Notes under the pieces: model-generated
What the model was told of the DNA's origin: nothing
Database searches by the model: none
What the model saw: only the letters and a program-made list of their open reading frames with translations
Part shown: in pieces, positions 58,062 through 64,000 of the stretch
How the letters are laid out: the number at the start of each line of letters is the position of its first letter
How positions within the stretch are numbered: position 1 is the first letter of the stretch
Assembly (NCBI GenBank): GCA_965237415.1
Contig: CBDEFM010000002.1
Span: 2,368,001 to 2,432,000, forward strand
Direction: 5' to 3'
Length of the DNA stretch: 64,000 nucleotides
Source of the DNA: Alphaproteobacteria bacterium
Lineage (GTDB): Bacteria; Pseudomonadota; Alphaproteobacteria; UBA828
Position numbers and translations under genes: made by a program

Positions 58062-59972
58062 CTAGCCCTCCGCCGGCGGGCCGCCGTAGCCGAGCGGGCG
58101 AACCGCGTCCGCGATCTCGCCCAAGATCGCCGGATCGTCGATCGTTGCCGGGATCTTGACCTCTTCCCCGTCGGCGATCTTCGCCATGGTGCCGCGCAGA
58201 ATCTTGCCCGAGCGGGTCTTCGGCAGGCGCTCCACCACCGCCGCCTGCTTGAAGGCGGCGACCGGGCCGATGGTCTCGCGCACCATGCGCACGAGCTCCA
58301 CCACGATCTCGTCCGCCGGCCGGTTGACGCCCGACTTCAGCACGACGAATCCCAGTGGGAGCTGCCCCTTCAGCGCGTCGGCGACGCCGACGACCGCGCA
58401 TTCCGCCACGTCCTGATGCGCCGCCAGCACCTCTTCCATGGCGCCGGTGGAGAGCCGGTGGCCCGCCACATTGATGATGTCGTCGGTGCGGCTCATGATC
58501 CAGAGATAGCCGTCCTCGTCGACGACGCCGGCATCGCCGGTCAGGTAATAGCCGGGGAAACGCGTGAAGTAGGCTTCCTCGAAGCGCTTGTCGTTGTTCC
58601 AGAGCGTCGGCGTGAAGCCGGGCGGCAACGGAAGCCGGACCACGATCGAGCCGATGCCGCCCGGCGGCACCTGTTCGCCCGCTTCATCCACCACCTCGAT
58701 CCGATAGCCCGGCACCGGTTTGGTGGGTGAGCCGGGCTTCACCGGCAGCGCGCCGAGGCCTGTGCAGTTGGCGCCCATGGGCCAGCCGGACTCGGTCTGC
58801 CACCAGTGGTCGAAGACGGGGCGCTCCAGATGACGCTCGGCCCAGGCGAGGGTGTCGGGATCGGTGCGCTCGCCGGCGAGGAACAGCGTATCGAAGCAGG
58901 AGATGTCGTAGTCCGCGAGGCGGGCTGCGTTGGGGTCGTCGCGCTTGATCGCACGGAACGCGGTCGGCGCGGTGAACATGGCGCTCACCCCGTGCTCGGA
59001 GATCACCCGCCAATAGGCGCCGGCGTCGGGGGTGCCGACCGGCTTGCCCTCGAAGAGGATCGACGGGCAGCCGTAGATGAGCGGCGCGTACACGATATAG
59101 GAGTGGCCGACCACCCAGCCGATATCGGACGCCGCCCACCACACTTGGCCCGGCGCCCGGTTGTAGACGCCGCTCATGCTCCAATGGAGCGCCACCAGGT
59201 GCCCGCCGTTGTCGCGCACGATGCCCTTGGGATCGCCGGTGGTGCCGGAGGTGTAGAGGATATAGAGGGGGTCGGTCGCGGCGACGGGCACGCACCCCAC
59301 CGGCTCCGCCTGCGCCATGACCTCCTCCCAGGTCTCGTCGCGGCCGGCCGTGAGCGGCGCCTCCAGCTCGGGCCGTTGCACGACGATGCACCGCTCCGGC
59401 TTGTGGCGCGCGCGCTCGATCGCCTCGTCCACTAGCGGCTTATAGGCGATGACCCGGTTCACCTCGATGCCGCAGGAGCCACAGACGATGACCTTGGGCT
59501 TCGCGTCGTCGATCCTGGTCGCAAGCTCGTTCGCCGCGAAACCGCCGAACACCACGGAGTGAATGGCGCCGATGCGGGCGCAGGCCAGCATCGCGATGGC
59601 AGCTTCCGGGACCATCGGCAGGTAGAGAACGACACGGTCGCCCCGGCCGACACCGCGTGCGCTGAGCGCACCGGCGAAGCGCGCGGCGAGCCCCTGCAGC
59701 TCGGCATAAGTGAAGCTCTGGACGATGCCGGTGACGGGACTGTCGTAGATCAGTGCCGTCTGTTTGCCGCGCCCCGCGTCCACGTGGCGATCCAGCGCGT
59801 TGTGGCAGGTATTGACCTCGGCGCCAGGGAACCAGCGGTAGAAGGGCGGGCGTGAGTCATCGAAGACACGGTCCCACCGCTTCACCCAGTCGATGCCTTC
59901 GGCCGCCTCGGCCCAGAAGGCCTCGGGGTCTTCGAGCGAGCGCGCATAGGTCTCGTCGTAGCGGCTGGTCAT
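58062..59972 (-). CDS. prpE: Propionyl-CoA synthetase
   Basis: YTSGTTGDPKG, DHWWQTESG, LPLPPG, LPKTRSGKILR. Confidence 0.9.
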   Translation of the reverse strand: MTSRYDETYARSLEDPEAFWAEAAEGIDWVKRWDRVFDDSRPPFYRWFPGAEVNTCHNALDRHVDAGRGKQTALIYDSPVTGIVQSFTYAELQGLAARFAGALSARGVGRGDRVVLYLPMVPEAAIAMLACARIGAIHSVVFGGFAANELATRIDDAKPKVIVCGSCGIEVNRVIAYKPLVDEAIERARHKPERCIVVQRPELEAPLTAGRDETWEEVMAQAEPVGCVPVAATDPLYILYTSGTTGDPKGIVRDNGGHLVALHWSMSGVYNRAPGQVWWAASDIGWVVGHSYIVYAPLIYGCPSILFEGKPVGTPDAGAYWRVISEHGVSAMFTAPTAFRAIKRDDPNAARLADYDISCFDTLFLAGERTDPDTLAWAERHLERPVFDHWWQTESGWPMGANCTGLGALPVKPGSPTKPVPGYRIEVVDEAGEQVPPGGIGSIVVRLPLPPGFTPTLWNNDKRFEEAYFTRFPGYYLTGDAGVVDEDGYLWIMSRTDDIINVAGHRLSTGAMEEVLAAHQDVAECAVVGVADALKGQLPLGFVVLKSGVNRPADEIVVELVRMVRETIGPVAAFKQAAVVERLPKTRSGKILRGTMAKIADGEEVKIPATIDDPAILGEIADAVRPLGYGGPPAEG

Positions 59973-60284
59973 GGGGCGGATCCCGGTCGGTGGCGGTGCC
60001 GCCGATATTGGCGCGCGCTCACGGGCCGGGCAAGCGTGGGCGGCCGCCGGCAAGTCGTGGGACATGAGGAGGGCCGGGTCGCAAGGCGGCCCGGACGGCG
60101 CGACCGCGCCGCGCGCGTATGCGCGTAGGCAAGCGAGCGGAGCTCGCGCCCGCCGATTGAGGGATATGATTAACTTCGCGCCCGGCGCCTGAGGGGCATA
60201 ACGAGAAACTTGGCGGCTTGTCTTGGGTCCGTAATCCTGTACCGTGCGCCCGGTCTTTCGTGACGACGCCGAGACGCCGGGGTC

Positions 60285-61748
60285 ATGGCCGACCCGTCCA
60301 CCCTCGCTGCTTTCATCGAATCACTCGGCTTGAGCCGGGTCGCCTGCGTCGGCGACGTGATGCTGGACCGGTTCGTCTATGGGCGGGTCGAGCGCACCTC
60401 GCCCGAGGCGCCGGTGCCGATCCTCCGTACCGACCACGACGTCTACATGCTCGGCGGCGCCGGCAATGTGGTGCGCAATCTCGTCTCGCTCGGCGCGCAG
60501 GCGACTCTGCTCTCGGTGATCGGGGACGACGAGGTGGGGCGCAGGCTCACCGGCCTGGTCGGGCGCGAGGAGCGGGTCGAGCCCCACCTGCTGGTGGAGC
60601 GGGGGCGGCTCTCCACCGAAAAGACCCGCTTCGTCGCCGGCGGTCAGCAGCTTTTGCGCACCGATTCGGAGACGACCGACGCGATCGCCCAGCGCTCGGC
60701 CGAGAGTCTCCTTGGCCTCGCCCGGGACGCCTTCGCGACTTGCGACGTGGTCGTGCTCTCGGATTACGCCAAGGGCGTGCTTCCTCCCGAACTGGTGCGG
60801 CAGCTGATAGAGACGGCCCAGAGCGCCGCGAGACCGGTGGTGGTCGATCCCAAGGGCCGCGACTTCGCGCGCTACGCCGGCGCCACGGTGCTGACGCCCA
60901 ACCGCGCCGAGCTCGGGTTTGCTGCGGGGGAGAGCCTGGAAACCGACGACGCCATCGTTGTCACGTGCCGCGACCTCATCGCCCGGCACCGCCTGGGCGC
61001 GATCCTGGTCACGCGCAGCCGCGACGGGATGACGCTCGTCTCCGCCGACGGCCGGGTTGCCCATCTCGGGGCGGTTGCGCGCGAGGTCTTCGACGTCTCC
61101 GGCGCCGGAGATACGGTGGTGGCGACGCTTGCCGCCGCGCTCGGCCAGAGCATCGACCTCATCGCCGCCGCCCAGCTCGCGAACGCGGCCGCCGGCGTCG
61201 CGGTCGGCAAGGCAGGCACCGCTGCGGTCCGCGCAGGCGACCTGCTGCACGCGGTCCGCGCAGGCGACCTCTCCGCCTCCGAGGCCAAGATCATGCCGCT
61301 GGCAGGCGCGCTTGAGGCCGTCGCCGGCTGGCGCGCGCAAGGGCAGCGCATCGGCTTCACCAACGGCTGCTTCGACCTCCTCCACCCCGGCCACATTTCG
61401 CTGCTGCGCCAGGCGCGGCAGGCGGCGGACCGGCTCGTCGTCGGCCTCAACGGCGATGCCTCGGTGCGGCGCCTCAAGGGGGCAGACCGGCCGGTGCAGG
61501 GCGAGTCGGCGCGCGCGCAAGTGCTGGCCTCGCTGGAGACAGTCGATCTGGTCGTGGTCTTCGCCGAGGACACGCCGGTGCGCCTGATCGAGGCGCTGCG
61601 CCCCGACTGCCTGGTCAAGGGCTCCGACTACACGGTGGACCAGGTGGTGGGCGCGGATATCGTGCAGGGCTACGGCGGCACCGTGCTGATCGCCGAGAAC
61701 GAGCCCGGCTACAGCACCACCGGCACCATCAGGCGCCTGCGCGGCTGA
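60285..61748 (+). CDS. hldE: Bifunctional heptose 7-phosphate kinase / heptose 1-phosphate adenylyltransferase
   Basis: GDVMLDRF, SPEAPVP, DVSGAGDTV, FTNGCFDLLHPGH. Confidence 0.95.
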   Translation: MADPSTLAAFIESLGLSRVACVGDVMLDRFVYGRVERTSPEAPVPILRTDHDVYMLGGAGNVVRNLVSLGAQATLLSVIGDDEVGRRLTGLVGREERVEPHLLVERGRLSTEKTRFVAGGQQLLRTDSETTDAIAQRSAESLLGLARDAFATCDVVVLSDYAKGVLPPELVRQLIETAQSAARPVVVDPKGRDFARYAGATVLTPNRAELGFAAGESLETDDAIVVTCRDLIARHRLGAILVTRSRDGMTLVSADGRVAHLGAVAREVFDVSGAGDTVVATLAAALGQSIDLIAAAQLANAAAGVAVGKAGTAAVRAGDLLHAVRAGDLSASEAKIMPLAGALEAVAGWRAQGQRIGFTNGCFDLLHPGHISLLRQARQAADRLVVGLNGDASVRRLKGADRPVQGESARAQVLASLETVDLVVVFAEDTPVRLIEALRPDCLVKGSDYTVDQVVGADIVQGYGGTVLIAENEPGYSTTGTIRRLRG

Positions 61749-61772
61749 GCGCCGAGCTTCTCGAAGTACGCA

Positions 61773-62519
61773 ATGCCCACGAATCGCGACATCCGCGACA
61801 GGTACACTGAGATCATTGGCCACTTGGTGAGAGAGCATGGATCGGCGGTCTCCGGCTACGAGATTTCCAAGGATGCTCCCCTCGCGCAGTGCATCGGGTA
61901 CGCGCGGCGTTTCGTCGTAGGAGGTGCGCGCGATGAGCCGCACTATCGATACGACCGGTACATGCGAGTGTTGCAATCAGCGTGTCGGTGGCAACCAATA
62001 CACGCGGGAACGGTGATTCATGTAGATATTGGATGTGGCCCGGGGCTGTTTACTTGGGTAGTCAGAGATTATTTTCGCGCTAACTTGCCGGTTCATGTTG
62101 AATTATACGGTTATGACCACGCAATATGCATGGTTGAACTCGCGACTTCAATATGGGACCTGCTGGAAGAGAACGCAAACTATTCGTGCCATCATGATCT
62201 TTGTGAGTTGATTTCGGATGCAAAACCAGTGGTCGCTGATGCGTGCCGCGTGCTGATTACGCTGGGTCACGTACTCATTCAAACTGTCGATGACAACTCT
62301 GCCGCCGACGATTTTGCGAGAATCATTGCAATGTGTGCACGAATAGCCAATTGTCTATTGGTAGCAGTGGATGCCCAGATGGGGGACCGGCCAGAAGATT
62401 TCCGTAGGGCGCACGACCAGCTGCAAGCCGCTCTGGAGCAACGTGGACTGACTTGCAGTATTCCCGTGATGGGCCGGTCAGACATGGTGATGAGCGTCCG
62501 AGTGACGGATCGGCCATGA
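61773..62519 (+). CDS. Hypothetical protein with a class I SAM-binding motif
   Basis: HVDIGCGPG followed by LYGYD; AT-richer than flanks. Confidence 0.7.
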   Translation: MPTNRDIRDRYTEIIGHLVREHGSAVSGYEISKDAPLAQCIGYARRFVVGGARDEPHYRYDRYMRVLQSACRWQPIHAGTVIHVDIGCGPGLFTWVVRDYFRANLPVHVELYGYDHAICMVELATSIWDLLEENANYSCHHDLCELISDAKPVVADACRVLITLGHVLIQTVDDNSAADDFARIIAMCARIANCLLVAVDAQMGDRPEDFRRAHDQLQAALEQRGLTCSIPVMGRSDMVMSVRVTDRP

Positions 62520-63169
62520 GCGAGCAGCTTCACCTTGACCTCGACGGCGGCGCGAACACGCAACGTCAAACGTCAGTGCTTGACGGCAGCGCTGCCTCCG
62601 TACCGGAAATTCCCGGTCTGAAATACATACCGCGGTTCCTCTCTGACGATGAGCGGGAGGCTGCGATCCGATACATTGACGATGCGCCCTGGCGCAGCGA
62701 TCTGGAACGTCGGGTCCAGCACTATGGCTGGCGATACGACTACCGTGCGCGGACCGTCGAACGCGACATGCATATCGGGCCGCTGCCGCTGTGGCTTCAG
62801 GACATCGCCAAACGGCTCTACACCAGGACCGACCTCTTCGACCGCGTGCCCGACCAAGCGATCGTAAACGAGTATTTCCCCGGCCAGGGAATTGCCATGC
62901 ATGCAGATCGGCAGTGCTTCGGCCCCACGGTCGCGACGATCTCCCTCGGTGACGCTTGGCGGATGGACCTGCGACTCGCCGGTGGCAAGGCCGACACACG
63001 GGTTGACATTCTGCTGGAAGAGGGATCGGCGCTGCTGATGACCGACGACGCACGTTGGCTTTGGTTCCACGGCATCGCCAAGCGCCTGAAGGAACGCACG
63101 GACCACGGATCGCGCCCGCGCAAGCGCCGTGTTTCGCTCACCTTCCGTACAGTGCTGCAGAGCACCTAG
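62516..63169 (+). CDS. AlkB family 2OG-Fe(II) dioxygenase
   Basis: RRVQHYG, NEY..GQGIAMHAD, ISLG, WFHGI, RVSLTFR; ATGA-coupled to the upstream ORF. Confidence 0.92.
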   Translation: MSEQLHLDLDGGANTQRQTSVLDGSAASVPEIPGLKYIPRFLSDDEREAAIRYIDDAPWRSDLERRVQHYGWRYDYRARTVERDMHIGPLPLWLQDIAKRLYTRTDLFDRVPDQAIVNEYFPGQGIAMHADRQCFGPTVATISLGDAWRMDLRLAGGKADTRVDILLEEGSALLMTDDARWLWFHGIAKRLKERTDHGSRPRKRRVSLTFRTVLQST

Positions 63170-64000
63170 ACGCTGTCGGCGGGCTGAACGAAGCGGTCGA
63201 TGATCTTCTTGATGCCGGCCTTGTCGAAGGCGACTTCGAGCTTGTCGCCGTCCACCGCCCGAATTCTTCCGTAGCCGAACTTCCGGTGAAAGACTCGCTC
63301 CCCGGCTGCATAGCCGCCGGGCCCCGCCCCGCCGGCGACGGGCAAAGGTGCTGCGTCGATGACGGGCGGCATCCGCCGGCTGCGGTATGTCGCGTGTTCG
63401 GACATGAGGCGCCGCGCGGCAGCAGCCCCGCCATGGCCCCGATAGAGCCCGCCCGGCCCCGGCTGCATGCCCGTTCCTTCGGAAAGCGTCACGTGGTCCG
63501 GGGCCAGCTCGTCGACGAAGCGCGAAGGGATCGCGCTGACCCACTGACCGTGCCGGTGCCGGTTGGCCGCGAAGAGGACATGGGCGCGGCGGCGCGCGCG
63601 GGTGAGCCCGACGTAGGCGAGGCGGCGTTCCTCCTCCAGCCCCGCAGCGCCCGATTGGTCGAGCGCCAGCTGATGGGGGAACAACCCTTCCTCCCAGCCC
63701 GGCAGGAACACGGTGTCGAACTCGAGGCCCTTGGCGCCATGCAGCGTCATGATGTTGACCATCTCTTCCGCTCCGTCTCCCTCCCGGTCCATGACCAGGC
63801 TCACGTGGTCGAGGAAGGCGGCGAGGTCCTCGAATTCGGAGAGTGCCTCGACCAGCTCCTTCAGGTTTTCGAGCCGGCCGGGGGCGGCGGGTGAGCGGTC
63901 CTTCTGCCACATCTCGGTGTAGCCGGATTCGTCGAGCATCGTCCCGACGACCTCGGCATGGGGCGTCTCGGCGAGGGCAGCGCGCCAGCCGCGAAGCCGG
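63166..64000 (-). CDS. uvrD: UvrD/PcrA helicase, C-terminal part (continues beyond the window)
   Basis: MTLHGAKGLEF, EEERRLAYVGLTRA, PSRF, RVFHRKFGYG. Confidence 0.93.
   Translation of the reverse strand, partial: RLRGWRAALAETPHAEVVGTMLDESGYTEMWQKDRSPAAPGRLENLKELVEALSEFEDLAAFLDHVSLVMDREGDGAEEMVNIMTLHGAKGLEFDTVFLPGWEEGLFPHQLALDQSGAAGLEEERRLAYVGLTRARRRAHVLFAANRHRHGQWVSAIPSRFVDELAPDHVTLSEGTGMQPGPGGLYRGHGGAAAARRLMSEHATYRSRRMPPVIDAAPLPVAGGAGPGGYAAGERVFHRKFGYGRIRAVDGDKLEVAFDKAGIKKIIDRFVQPADSV

Overview
GC-rich alphaproteobacterial chromosome segment, probably Rhodospirillales-like, inferred from gene order and an alpha-type LexA box. Housekeeping blocks: panC; rpmH-rnpA-yidD-yidC-yihA-argB; miaB-phoH-ybeY-corC-lnt; xseB-ispA-tlyA; hldE; the 3' part of uvrD/pcrA. 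These alternate with catabolic and transport genes (sugar and polyamine ABC systems, hydantoinase/oxoprolinase A/B, Rieske oxygenase, amidase, tartrate dehydrogenase, prpE) and many mobile elements. The mobile elements are an IS3 inside the 3' end of hyuB, three IS1202/ISNCY-type elements (two with perfect 16-bp target repeats), a cargo-carrying IS1595, two identical 133-bp MITEs, chimeric transposase debris and several truncated genes. The best candidates for undescribed systems are three. (1) An AT-richer two-gene cassette encoding a SAMHD1/YwfO-like HD dNTPase and a YwgA/Panacea-like protein, behind a perfect GAAC-N7-GAAC SOS box. (2) A translationally coupled pair of a SAM-methyltransferase-like protein and an AlkB dioxygenase, between hldE and uvrD. 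(3) A dispersed ~250-300-bp element with a conserved head and a phased GGGATTAAGT-type tail. No rRNA, tRNA or CRISPR array was recognised. All calls come from reading the sequence and motifs by eye; no searches were run.
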